Below, in pieces: positions 28,464 to 38,096 of a stretch of 59,977 bases of DNA (its first letter is position 1; each line of letters begins with the position of its first letter). Both the position numbers and the translations under genes were made by a program. Location of the stretch: the IMG/VR virus record IMGVR_UViG_3300027848_000024, positions 1-59,977 of that record; one strand, 5' to 3'. This DNA comes from a virus. Its lineage: Duplodnaviria; Caudoviricetes. The notes under the pieces were generated by a model. The model worked only from the letters and a program-made list of their open reading frames with translations. It had not been told where the DNA came from and made no database searches.

Positions 28464-29582
28464 ATGACTGTTGAAATTGGCAAGGTTGGCAAGGAAGCTC
28501 TCAAGGCTACTGGCCAAAAGGTGCAGGGCCAGAAGGAAAAGGACCAGCCTTTCCTTGAGCGAGTTTGTCGCGCCTTTGAGGGGGTTGAGGACGACGACTA
28601 CGAAGACCTGCCCGAAGAGGTGCAGAGCTGGCACGCCGCCGCTGTTGAAGCGGTTAAGGAGGAGGAAGCTATCCCCGCGTTCGAGCCTGTCGCTACCAAG
28701 GGTAAGGGCAAGAAGAAGCCCGAACCTGAGGAAGACGAAGACGAGGAAGACGCGGACGAAGACGCGGACGAAGACGACGAAGACGAGGAAGACGCGGACG
28801 AAGACGCGGACGAAGACGAGGAAGACGAAGAGGAAGACGAGGCCCCGGCACCAAAGAAAAAGGGTAAGGGTAAGAAGACGCCCGAGCCTGAGGAAGACGA
28901 GGAAGACGAAGACGAGGAAGACGCGGACGAAGACGCGGACGAAGACGCGGACGAAGACGAGGAAGACGCGGACGAAGACGAGGAAGACGCGGACGAAGAC
29001 GAGGAAGACGAAGAGGAAGACGAGGCCCCGGCACCAAAGAAAAAGGGTAAGAACAAGAAGAAGACCGAGCCTGAGGAAGACGCGGACGAAGACGCGGACG
29101 AAGACGAGGAAGACGCGGACGAAGACGAAGACGAGGACGAAGACGACAACCAGTCCGACGAGGACGAAGACGAGGAAGAGGATACCAATATGGCTACCAA
29201 GAAGGCTGCCCCCAAGAAGATTGCTCCCAAGAAGAGCCCTCGCAAGGCTAAGGTGGTTGCTGCTGAGGAGACTGTCGTCACTGAAGAGGTGACCGAGACC
29301 CCCAAGAAGAAGGGCAAGGGCAAGGCTGCTCCTGCGCCGAAGGCTGAGAAGGCTGAGAAGGCTGCGCCGGCTGAGAAGGCCCCCAAGAAGAAGCGCGGCC
29401 CGTCGACGGCCGACATTATGATTACGGCTATCGCCAAGAAGCCGGACATCACCAAGGAAAAGATGACCGAGATTCTGGAGAAGAAGGGTGCCGAGGTTAA
29501 GGCCAGCACCATTGCTATCCAGCTCGGGTGGATCAAGCGCATCATTAAGAAGCTGCGCGAAGAGGGCCTGATGGCCGAGTAA
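28464..29582 (+). CDS. acidic/basic low-complexity protein with possible C-terminal DNA-binding domain
   Basis: (EDAD)n tracts alternating with APAPKKKGK; histone H1-like KAEKA/PKKK; strong codon bias; own terminator. Confidence 0.85.
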   Translation: MTVEIGKVGKEALKATGQKVQGQKEKDQPFLERVCRAFEGVEDDDYEDLPEEVQSWHAAAVEAVKEEEAIPAFEPVATKGKGKKKPEPEEDEDEEDADEDADEDDEDEEDADEDADEDEEDEEEDEAPAPKKKGKGKKTPEPEEDEEDEDEEDADEDADEDADEDEEDADEDEEDADEDEEDEEEDEAPAPKKKGKNKKKTEPEEDADEDADEDEEDADEDEDEDEDDNQSDEDEDEEEDTNMATKKAAPKKIAPKKSPRKAKVVAAEETVVTEEVTETPKKKGKGKAAPAPKAEKAEKAAPAEKAPKKKRGPSTADIMITAIAKKPDITKEKMTEILEKKGAEVKASTIAIQLGWIKRIIKKLREEGLMAE

Positions 29583-29604
29583 CCCCGGAAAGGGTTACAA
29601 CATT

Positions 29605-29645
29605 CGGGCGGGTTGGGTTCCCTTGCACCCCTTCCCGCCCGTTTT
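29605..29645 (+). terminator. intrinsic terminator
   Basis: CGGGCGGG...CCCGCCCG-TTTT. Confidence 0.75.
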
Positions 29646-29671
29646 GTCTATACAGCACAAAAGGTACTGAA

Positions 29672-30472
29672 ATGATTCGCCCCGAACAATCCGCCCCCGT
29701 TATTCTTATGTCTGGTGGGATGGACAGCCTGTTTGCTTGGTGGTCCTTACGAGACCAGCAAGATCTATTAAACGCAATTTGGCTCTACTCCAATATCAAC
29801 GCCAAGTACGGGGAGAAAGAGCAATCCGCAGTAAAAAATCTCGCTACTTTGCGAGAAAACCTGAATCTTTCTCACCGTTGGGACAAGCGCGCACAAAGAA
29901 TGGTGGTTATGCCTAGCACGGATATGAGCCCGTTCGAAGATGCTGCTAGTGGTATTATCCCTTTTCGGAACGCACAGTTGGTCCTAAACGCCGCGCAATA
30001 CGGGCAAAACATCTTGCTTGGCATTTTAGAAGATGAAATCAACTCCGACAAAAGCCCGGAGTTTTGCTCTGTTATGGAAACCCTGTTGAACATAAGCCAC
30101 CGCCCACAATACTGGACGGAGGGAAAGTATTTCAAAGTAGGAAGTCCTATCCGGCATCTTAACAAAACAGAAGCGTTGTATGAGTATCTTGTGACTGGTG
30201 GGCCACTCGACATGCTTTCCCAAACAATTTCCTGCTACAGCGGCGAGCAGGGGCATTGTGGCGAGTGCCCTAGTTGCTTTAAAAGGTGGGTAGCCTTAGT
30301 CAACAACGACATGGCGAACCACACAGAGTTTCTTTCTGACCCAATGGAGTACGGACGGAAAACTAGCGCTTTGTACAAAGCCCAAACAGGAGGGTACCCC
30401 AACAAGCGCGCACAAGAAATTCTTACCGCCTACAAGAAAACAGGAGGGGCTAATGAACTCGGAGCACTTTGA
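29672..30472 (+). CDS. queC: 7-cyano-7-deazaguanine synthase
   Basis: SGGMDS, IPFRN, SCY...HCGECPSCFKR. Confidence 0.92.
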   Translation: MIRPEQSAPVILMSGGMDSLFAWWSLRDQQDLLNAIWLYSNINAKYGEKEQSAVKNLATLRENLNLSHRWDKRAQRMVVMPSTDMSPFEDAASGIIPFRNAQLVLNAAQYGQNILLGILEDEINSDKSPEFCSVMETLLNISHRPQYWTEGKYFKVGSPIRHLNKTEALYEYLVTGGPLDMLSQTISCYSGEQGHCGECPSCFKRWVALVNNDMANHTEFLSDPMEYGRKTSALYKAQTGGYPNKRAQEILTAYKKTGGANELGAL

Positions 30473-31502
30473 GAAAGCCTGTCACCATATCCTTAAGGGT
30501 ATTTCGGACAGTGAAGACATTAAGCGGGAAGGGCTGCAAGAAACCCCGGAACGTTTTGCTCGCGCCTTTACGCATTACCTTGGTGGCTACGAACACAATC
30601 CTTTAAACATCCTTAAAGCGTTCAAGGATGGCAGTTCCAATTATGACGAAATGGTTTGCCAAACCAACATCCCCGTTTACAGCATGTGTGTTGTCGGCTC
30701 TACTTTCGTAGAGACGCCGAAGGGTCTCATACCAATCTCACAGTTGACCACTGGCGATTGGGTGTATTGTGTGGACGAACAAACCATGCAGTTGCATTTA
30801 CGACAATGTGAGAATCCTAGGGTGACTAGGAAGAACGCCAAACTTGTTCGCGTGTACACAGACAACGACACAGTTTTATGTACACCGGATCACAGGTTTC
30901 TTACTTACAACCGTGGATGGGTGGAAGCGCAACATCTAACTTCGGGGGATAGTCTGTTATCTCTTTACCGGACAAGTACGAAGTTGAAAACCGACAAGGC
31001 CAAATACCAAGATAGACGGGACGCCCTGTCTTTGGGTTGTTATCTAAATCGAGGACAAGGTGACCATACTGTGCTCGGCGTGGAAGAGGGTCGTTGGCGA
31101 GAAGACGTTTGGTGCATGACTGTGCCGGATTTCCCCAACTTCTTTGCTAACGGTATGTTGGTACATAACTGTGAGCATCACTTCGCCCCCTTCTTTGGCG
31201 TGGCGCACATAGCTTATGTTCCCAATGGAAGTGTTGTTGGGTTGAGCAAGTTAGCCCGTGTGGTGGATGTGTTTTCCAAGAGGTTACAAGTGCAGGAAAG
31301 GCTCACCGTGCAGATCGCGGAAGCACTGCGCGATGTGCTCAACCCCCATGGTGTGGCTGTTATGCTCCAATGCAGACATATGTGTATGGAAATGCGCGGC
31401 ATCAAAGTACAAGGCGTTCTCACCACCACGTCCAAGATGACCGGTTACTTCTTGGACAACGTTTCTACCCGGCAAGAATTCCTAGCACTGCTCCCCAAAT
31501 GA
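30453..31502 (+). CDS. folE: GTP cyclohydrolase I, intein-containing
   Basis: REGLQETPER, YSM[intein]CEHH..PF.G, GLSKLAR, RLQVQERLT, HMCMEMRG. Confidence 0.95.
   Translation: MNSEHFEKACHHILKGISDSEDIKREGLQETPERFARAFTHYLGGYEHNPLNILKAFKDGSSNYDEMVCQTNIPVYSMCVVGSTFVETPKGLIPISQLTTGDWVYCVDEQTMQLHLRQCENPRVTRKNAKLVRVYTDNDTVLCTPDHRFLTYNRGWVEAQHLTSGDSLLSLYRTSTKLKTDKAKYQDRRDALSLGCYLNRGQGDHTVLGVEEGRWREDVWCMTVPDFPNFFANGMLVHNCEHHFAPFFGVAHIAYVPNGSVVGLSKLARVVDVFSKRLQVQERLTVQIAEALRDVLNPHGVAVMLQCRHMCMEMRGIKVQGVLTTTSKMTGYFLDNVSTRQEFLALLPK
30687..31169 (+). mobile_element. mini-intein (161 aa, no homing endonuclease)
   Basis: C1 CVVGST, block B CTPDHRF, DVWCMTV..FPNFFANGMLVHN followed by Cys+1. Confidence 0.93.
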
Positions 31503-32530
31503 GCAGGCCGCACCTTACCCGGCCTCCGCTAAAAATCCTGCTGGATAGTGGGGCCTTTACTGTGTGGCGTAGCGGTGGCTACATAGATCTTTGGGAGTAC
31601 GTGGACTTTGTTACGGACAATGAGCTGGCACTTAACTCTTATATCAACCTGGACGTGATGCCGGGTGCCCTTGGTAGGGTGCCAACACCAACGGAACTGG
31701 AAGAGTCCGCCCGTGCTGGTTATGAAAATCTTCTTATTATGGAATCGGCGGGTTTGCACTGTATGCCCGTTTACCATGCTGGAGAAGATCTTCGTTGGTT
31801 GGATAAGTACATCAGCAAGGGGTACACTTACATAGGGATCTCACCTAGCTCCATTCGTTCCAGCCGGGGCCGTGTTGCTTTCCTCGACCGTGTGTACGAC
31901 CACATTGCTAATAGCGCTGGTCAACCTGTCGTAGCGACGCACCTGTTGGGGTTGACCAGTTTGCCACTCATGTACCGCTACCCGTGGAAAACGTGTGACA
32001 GCACGTCTTGGATGCTCATTGGTGCGTTTGGTAACATACTTCTTCCCAAGATGAATGACGGGGTGCCTGATTATTCCGTTAGCCCAAACATGGTAGCAAT
32101 GAGCGAGAAGAGCGGCTCTATTAAGGGCGGAAAGCATTTTCTCAATATGAAGGGGCACGAGAAGAAAGCTATCGTGGACTTCATTGAGAGCAATGGCTTT
32201 ACCGTAACTGGTATGGAAACCCACTACCGAGACCGCATGAAACTAATTACCCGTGTGCTTCTTAACGTGCAGGCTACTTTACGCAAGAAGAACATGACTT
32301 TCCAAAAGCAAGGTTTTATACATACTTCCAGTTACCGAAATGAACCGGGGTTTGTTATTAAAGACAGAAGCATTATTTTTGCTTTCCCGGCACAGGATTC
32401 TTTTAACAGTATTCTAAACGGGGAAGGCGTGGTTAATCGTCTTGTAAGTTATGAGTTCCTAAAACAACGTAACCTATCGGAATTGCACACGTATAAGAAG
32501 ACGTGGGAATTCCTTCCAACCGGAGTGTAA
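31499..32530 (+). CDS. dpdA: DpdA/TGT-like 7-deazaguanine DNA transglycosylase
   Basis: LLDSGAF, YINLDV, PVYH.GE, HLLG, PW..CDSTSW; directly after queC-folE. Confidence 0.75.
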   Translation: MSRPHLTRPPLKILLDSGAFTVWRSGGYIDLWEYVDFVTDNELALNSYINLDVMPGALGRVPTPTELEESARAGYENLLIMESAGLHCMPVYHAGEDLRWLDKYISKGYTYIGISPSSIRSSRGRVAFLDRVYDHIANSAGQPVVATHLLGLTSLPLMYRYPWKTCDSTSWMLIGAFGNILLPKMNDGVPDYSVSPNMVAMSEKSGSIKGGKHFLNMKGHEKKAIVDFIESNGFTVTGMETHYRDRMKLITRVLLNVQATLRKKNMTFQKQGFIHTSSYRNEPGFVIKDRSIIFAFPAQDSFNSILNGEGVVNRLVSYEFLKQRNLSELHTYKKTWEFLPTGV

Positions 32531-32532
32531 CA

Positions 32533-33645
32533 ATGGACCGTCACGTACTTCTGAAGCAGTTGGGTATTGCCAAGCTGGCTCTTGCTACCAAGGACTTTGT
32601 TCCGGTGCTAACCTGCTTCCACTTCACCGGCAAGGAGGTTGTTGCCTATAACGATCAGCTTGGTATCAAAACCAAGTGTCCCACGGGGTTTAGTGGTCTG
32701 GTGCGCGGTAGTCAGCTGCTCGGGTTTCTCAACAAGTACACGGGCAAGGAACTGGATCTCACCGTTGATAAAGAGATTCTAACCGTGGGAAAGGGTCGTA
32801 GCAAGTTCACCGCCCCCATCCTGCCAGAGTCCGACTACATATTCAAAGTACCCTCGGGCATTAAGAACGCTTGGGACATTGATATTACGCCATCCTTCAT
32901 TCTGGCGCTTCGGCACTGCCTTATTAGTGCTAGCGACGACATGTCCATGCCGCAGTTTAGTGGCATTCTTGTTAGACGGCTTGGAGACTTCCTAAAGCTG
33001 TTTAGCACCAACGATCGCACCATCTGTTCGTATGAGATCCCGGGAAAGAAACTTGAGGGCGGAGAAACACACGCTATTCTCCCCACTAACTTTTGTACCG
33101 CGCTGGTTGATATTGCCGACGAGGTACTTTCCCTGAAAAACCCGGAAGCCTCGTTGAGCATTGGCAAGCAGAGCGTTATGGCTACCTTCGGCGGGGGTAC
33201 TTCCATTTACAGCAAGTTTGCTTCCGGTGTTAACCCCCCTGATTACGAAGCCATGGTGGCTTCCTTTGATGCGGGGCATACCAACGGGGACATGGTTCCC
33301 ATTCCCGCCAACTTCTACGCAGCCATCCAACGTTGCCAGTTGGTTCTTACGGAGGACAGCCCGCACATCATAGCTTCCATTGCGGAAAACAAGCTAACCC
33401 TGCGGGCTGAATCCCGCTTTGGTAAGGTTAGGGAAGTTCTCAAGTTGGAGGCGGTGGAAGATCACACTGTTGCGGAAACCACCGTGCGCTTGCTCCCGGA
33501 AGATATGCTGCGCGTGTCGGACAAGGTGTCTTCCATGCTCCTAGGGCAGTCGGGCAGTCGTTTCGGCGGAACAACCCACTACTTCAACTACTATGTTGCC
33601 CCGCTGGCCACTCCCACCGTTGCCGCGGTAGAGGAGGAAGACTAA
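32533..33645 (+). CDS. dnaN: DNA polymerase III beta-like sliding clamp
   Basis: ~370 aa, PVLT.F, AYND, STND, PDY motifs. Confidence 0.75.
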   Translation: MDRHVLLKQLGIAKLALATKDFVPVLTCFHFTGKEVVAYNDQLGIKTKCPTGFSGLVRGSQLLGFLNKYTGKELDLTVDKEILTVGKGRSKFTAPILPESDYIFKVPSGIKNAWDIDITPSFILALRHCLISASDDMSMPQFSGILVRRLGDFLKLFSTNDRTICSYEIPGKKLEGGETHAILPTNFCTALVDIADEVLSLKNPEASLSIGKQSVMATFGGGTSIYSKFASGVNPPDYEAMVASFDAGHTNGDMVPIPANFYAAIQRCQLVLTEDSPHIIASIAENKLTLRAESRFGKVREVLKLEAVEDHTVAETTVRLLPEDMLRVSDKVSSMLLGQSGSRFGGTTHYFNYYVAPLATPTVAAVEEED

Positions 33646-33905
33646 TGGAATGGTTGCAATACCATAGCACCGCCCTTCTTGGGGGGTTAGCGCTCTTTTT
33701 GGTGGTACCAACAATCGCCATTGTGTTTATTCTACTGCGCGATCGAAAAAGGTGGAATAACGGTAAGTGTTCAAACTGCCAAGCAGCCCTTGAGTTTGTG
33801 CAAGCGGACCCCAAGGGAATGCTGGTTGCGTACCAGTGCACTAACCCCCAATGCGGGGAACTGAATATGTTTGCCGTGGGAAACCCTTTCATTAGCGTGA
33901 GGTAG
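33645..33905 (+). CDS. small TM plus Zn-ribbon protein
   Basis: TM then WNNGKCSNC...C...C. Confidence 0.65.
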   Translation: MEWLQYHSTALLGGLALFLVVPTIAIVFILLRDRKRWNNGKCSNCQAALEFVQADPKGMLVAYQCTNPQCGELNMFAVGNPFISVR

Positions 33906-33906
33906 C

Positions 33907-36492
33907 ATGGGCTTTTTTATTGCGGACGAAAAGAAGAAGCTGGCAAAGAGAAGGCCCGATTCGGTAAGCAAGGAAACCCTGTACGAAATGGGGTGCGCCG
34001 CCTGCCCTTTGAACAAAGCTAAGGTTACCTCCCCAAAGATGGGGTCTACTGGTGCCGACAACGCCCCAATCTACGTGCTACACGGGGGTATTACCGAGGA
34101 GCAGGACGACGAGGGCCGACATTTGGTTGGCGACGCTGGGTCCGAGTTTAAACGCATTTTTGGTGCGGCGAACATACAGCATATGCGGTTTGGTTCTGTA
34201 ACTAAGGATTATACCCCCAAGGGCAGGCGACCCAATGAAGTAGAAATAAACTGCTGCCGCAAACAAGTAGAAGAAGATATTGCCCTGCATAAGCCCAAGG
34301 TTGTTATCGGACTTGGGTTTCTTGCTATGAAGTGGGCTACGGGCCTTACGGACATTAAGTTGTTCTCTTACAGGCTTATCCCGGTTAACATTGGCGGGCA
34401 CGACTGTTGGTTCTTCCCTATGGAAGACATGGAAACCATGCTGGCCAATATACGCGCGTCTCAGCGCACCGGAGAACGGTATTTCACAGAAGCAGACAAC
34501 CTCGCCAAGCATCGCGGCCGCGCCATTGTACTTAAGGCTAAAAAGAACAAGTTGGGTAAACCTGAAGTTCTTTCGCAGGCGGACTATGCACAGGGCATAC
34601 ACATTGTCTTTGGAAAGAACGAAACTTCTGATCTTAAAACAATTGAACGCCACTTTAAGAAGATGTCCGTAGAAGATTCCTGCGCCTACGACATCGAAAG
34701 CCATGGGCTACGCCCTTATAACAACGGCGCTAAACTTCTTAGCATCGCTATTGGTACCTACGGCAACACCCTTGCTATTGGGCTAGAACACCCGGAGTGT
34801 CAGTGGAGTCGTAAAGGGCTGAAGGCGGTGTACGCCTTAGTAGAGAAATTCCTTAGAGAAACCACCACAAAGAAGGTTGCCCATAACCTGCCTTTTGAAC
34901 TAGAACATATGGGTTACTACTTTGGGTTCGACATTTGTTGGGCCGCGAATTGGCAAGACACGGTTATGCAGGCATACATCTTGGACGAGCGTAACAAGCA
35001 GATGCGCGGGTTTAGCTTGGACGATTTGTGTACCATTAACTTAGGACTTAGAATTAAGGAAATTAGCAATCTCGACCGCGCCAACCTTATTCAAGCCCCG
35101 TTGGTTGAAGTGCTCACCTACAACGGGGGAGATACTAAATACACACATAAGCTCTATCTAACACAGCAAGCTAAGCTGGAAGACCAATCACTGGTGGAAG
35201 TGTACGAAGATGCGCTGCGCAGGTGCAAGACGGTGCCCGCTACACAACTTGCCGGATTACACGTTGACCAGAGTGAGGTAGTACGCTACCAAAAGTTTCT
35301 CTCTAAGAAGATAAAGAAAGCGGAGAAAGCTATAAAGTCCCTCCCGGAAGTAGACGAGTACGAGGCCAAGTACAGAAAACATTTTAACGTGGGTAGCCCC
35401 GAAGACGTAGCTAAGGTGTTGTATGAGTTTGCTGGTGTGCGCTCCGTTAAAGTGAACGGCAAGTTTAAGGCGGATGAAGGCATTTTGTCTAAGGTGACTC
35501 ACCCGTTGGCTAAATTGGCGCTGGACTTCCGTGGAGCAACCAAGCTGAAATCCACCTACGTCGACGGGTTGGCCATAGGTGGGGACTACCTGTTCGACGA
35601 TGGCATGTTACACCCGGTTCTTAGTCCTTGCATCGCGGAGACGGGACGTCTTACTTCTAAGGAGCCAAACGAGCAGAATTTCCCCAAGCATAAAGACAAG
35701 TACATTCGTAGCCAGATCGTAGCGCCAAGCGGTGAACTGTTTGTTGCCGCGGACTACGGGCAAATTGAATGGCGCGTGATTGGTTTGTGCGCCAAGGACA
35801 AGGCGCTCAAGGCCGCACTGTGGGAACGGTACGACGTTCACAAGGAGTGGGCGGAAAGAATTATAGCGCAGTGTTCTAGTCTTATTGGTGGTGGTCGTTG
35901 GAAGAGCTTGGATAAGGCCGAGCAGGGTATTTGGAGACAACGTAGCAAGAACGAGTTTGTGTTCCCTAGTTGTTTTGGTGCACAGCCAAAAGGGATTGCC
36001 AACAGCCTTGGGGTAGACGAGAAGCAAATTGTGTGGCTGCAAAAAGAGCTTTGGAAGCAGTTCCCCGGTGTGCGCCGCTGGCACGAAGACACCAGAAAGT
36101 TCTACGCTGAGAACTTCTACGTGGAAACCCTCACTGGTAGACGCCGACGCGGACCGTTGGAAAGGAACCAGCCAATCAACACTCCAGTGCAAGGCACTGC
36201 CGCCGACGTGGTTATGGATGCCATGGCGCGGCTAAGCGAGTACGCTTGCAAGGTTGGCGACATACGTTACCAGCCTGTTCTTAACATCCACGATGACTTG
36301 ACCTTTAGGTTGCCTGAGAACAAGGCCGAGGAATACTTGGAAAACATCCTGGAGATTATGTTGCAGAGCTCCTACAAGTTTTTTGATGTGCCAATTCTTG
36401 TGGAAGTGGAGGCGGGTAGTAGTTGGTACGATCTCAACGAAGTTGACAAGTTTTACAGTGACGATTGGTTCAATCAGAAACAGGCTGCTTAA
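33907..36492 (+). CDS. polA: family A DNA polymerase with N-terminal UDG-like domain
   Basis: CAACPL/CCR UDG-4-like; exo YDIES, HN..FE; TGRLTS..PNEQNFP, ADYGQIEWR, QGTAAD, IHDDL. Confidence 0.93.
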   Translation: MGFFIADEKKKLAKRRPDSVSKETLYEMGCAACPLNKAKVTSPKMGSTGADNAPIYVLHGGITEEQDDEGRHLVGDAGSEFKRIFGAANIQHMRFGSVTKDYTPKGRRPNEVEINCCRKQVEEDIALHKPKVVIGLGFLAMKWATGLTDIKLFSYRLIPVNIGGHDCWFFPMEDMETMLANIRASQRTGERYFTEADNLAKHRGRAIVLKAKKNKLGKPEVLSQADYAQGIHIVFGKNETSDLKTIERHFKKMSVEDSCAYDIESHGLRPYNNGAKLLSIAIGTYGNTLAIGLEHPECQWSRKGLKAVYALVEKFLRETTTKKVAHNLPFELEHMGYYFGFDICWAANWQDTVMQAYILDERNKQMRGFSLDDLCTINLGLRIKEISNLDRANLIQAPLVEVLTYNGGDTKYTHKLYLTQQAKLEDQSLVEVYEDALRRCKTVPATQLAGLHVDQSEVVRYQKFLSKKIKKAEKAIKSLPEVDEYEAKYRKHFNVGSPEDVAKVLYEFAGVRSVKVNGKFKADEGILSKVTHPLAKLALDFRGATKLKSTYVDGLAIGGDYLFDDGMLHPVLSPCIAETGRLTSKEPNEQNFPKHKDKYIRSQIVAPSGELFVAADYGQIEWRVIGLCAKDKALKAALWERYDVHKEWAERIIAQCSSLIGGGRWKSLDKAEQGIWRQRSKNEFVFPSCFGAQPKGIANSLGVDEKQIVWLQKELWKQFPGVRRWHEDTRKFYAENFYVETLTGRRRRGPLERNQPINTPVQGTAADVVMDAMARLSEYACKVGDIRYQPVLNIHDDLTFRLPENKAEEYLENILEIMLQSSYKFFDVPILVEVEAGSSWYDLNEVDKFYSDDWFNQKQAA

Positions 36493-36603
36493 ACGACGAC
36501 CCTACAGGTGTCGTATAGGTAGTTAAGCCCGTTGGGGTGCTACTAGGGGTCAAAAGCCCCTGTGTCCCTCGCAAAACAGCATTAGCACGTAGGAGAAACC
36601 ACC

Positions 36604-37560
36604 ATGGCCAGCCTAGCAGTTCGTTGTCGCCCCCAAACATTGGATGAAGTAGTGGGAAACGGTCCCATTGTGCGATCCATTGAGAAAATCATAGAGGCCA
36701 AGCAGCGCCCCCATACCTTTTTACTGACAGGCGGTTCCGGCGAAGGCAAGACAACGCTTGCTAAGGTTATGGCGCGGGCCTTTGGTTGCGCGGACGCTAA
36801 CGTGCAGGAAGTTGATGCGGCAACCAATAGCGGTGTCGATGCGGTGCGCGCCCTTACCCAGCACATGAATTACAAGAGCATGTCCAAGGGGGGTATCAAG
36901 TGCGTGGTTGTGGATGAGTGCCATGCCCTCTCCAATTCCAGTTGGCAGGCGTTGCTTAAGTCCACGGAAGAGCCCCCGGAGCATTTCTACTGGTTCTTGT
37001 GCACTACAGAAGAAGGCAAGGTACCTAAGACCATCCGCACCCGTGCTACCCACTTTAAGGTCGCCCCCCTAAAAGAAGATGAATTAAGGAAGGTGCTGCT
37101 GCGTGGCTGCAAAGAGCTTGGTATTAAGAGCAAGTCTCTTGGCGAAGGCGTTGCCGACGTTTGTGTTGAAAGTTCCGGTGGTAGTGCACGCCAGTTGCTA
37201 ACCTACTTGGAGCAGTGCCACTTCGCACAAGATGCGGACGAGGCCGTGGCGCTTATTAACCAAGTGCAGGTTAACGACAAGAACGTTATTGACCTGTGTC
37301 GCCTGCTTGCCTTCGGTAAGCCCACATGGAGCAAAGTTCTTTCCATTCTACGTGACTTGGAAGGTACCGACCCCGAAAGTTTGCGGTTAGTATTGGTCAA
37401 CTACTGCACCAAGGTGGCCATGGATAACAAGACCAAGGATGGGCAACGTATGTCCCTGCTGGCCGTTGTGGACGCTTTTTGCCCCGGCATATACAACCGT
37501 AGTGAGAAGATGGCCCCGGTTATGCTGGCCATTGGTTCTTTGTTGGAAGGTGAGGAATAA
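36604..37560 (+). CDS. dnaX: clamp loader, DnaX gamma/tau-like
   Basis: RPQTLDEVVG, GEGKTT, EVDAA, DECH, LLKSTEEPP, TIRTR. Confidence 0.88.
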   Translation: MASLAVRCRPQTLDEVVGNGPIVRSIEKIIEAKQRPHTFLLTGGSGEGKTTLAKVMARAFGCADANVQEVDAATNSGVDAVRALTQHMNYKSMSKGGIKCVVVDECHALSNSSWQALLKSTEEPPEHFYWFLCTTEEGKVPKTIRTRATHFKVAPLKEDELRKVLLRGCKELGIKSKSLGEGVADVCVESSGGSARQLLTYLEQCHFAQDADEAVALINQVQVNDKNVIDLCRLLAFGKPTWSKVLSILRDLEGTDPESLRLVLVNYCTKVAMDNKTKDGQRMSLLAVVDAFCPGIYNRSEKMAPVMLAIGSLLEGEE

Positions 37561-37562
37561 CA

Positions 37563-38096
37563 ATGGCAAGTAGACCAACATTGAATAACGAAGTTGTGGA
37601 AGAGGACGAAGCAGAATATAAACACTACCGTAGCAAACTTCGTATCCAAAAAACCAACTTAGACACACACTTTGAGCAACACCCGGAACTTTTCCACGAA
37701 ATATCGGAGAAGTGCCGGGTATTGCAATCTCAACGGGATCTGCTCCTTTTTAGAATAAAAAGGTATGAATCTCGATTTTACACAAAAACAAAAGCCAACA
37801 CTACCGGCAGAGTTACCAAAGAAGAATTATCCGCCAAAATAATGAATGAACCCCATTGGCGGGCTATGCAAGATGATTTGAAGGAACTGCAACATCACCT
37901 TGCCAAATGGCAGACACTCAAAGAGTCTTTTAACCAACGTAGTCAAATGCTGCGCGAGCTTGGTCGTATATACGTAGCAGGGTACTTTAGCGACATCGTC
38001 ATTAAGGGCAGCAATGACCTAACCGACGAAACCTACGCGCAAAGAAGGGTCGCTATGTCTCAGCAACGGAAAGCAACCAAGAAAAGAAAACTGTGA
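37563..38096 (+). CDS. UvsY-like coiled-coil recombination mediator
   Basis: helical protein next to SSB/RecA; F.QR..ML..L..Y..GYF. Confidence 0.5.
   Translation: MASRPTLNNEVVEEDEAEYKHYRSKLRIQKTNLDTHFEQHPELFHEISEKCRVLQSQRDLLLFRIKRYESRFYTKTKANTTGRVTKEELSAKIMNEPHWRAMQDDLKELQHHLAKWQTLKESFNQRSQMLRELGRIYVAGYFSDIVIKGSNDLTDETYAQRRVAMSQQRKATKKRKL

Noticed and set aside
28725-29180. CRISPR-like or non-coding tandem repeat
   Set aside because: In-frame coding repeats with no unique spacers; no CRISPR array seen in the window
28471-29545. Long alternative-frame and antisense ORFs (poly-Ser, RTKT repeats); same at 38960-39499
   Set aside because: Shadows of the GAC/GAA/GAG repeats, which lack stops in other frames
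30687-31169. Homing endonuclease within the intein
   Set aside because: Only 161 aa, with no LAGLIDADG or HNH motif
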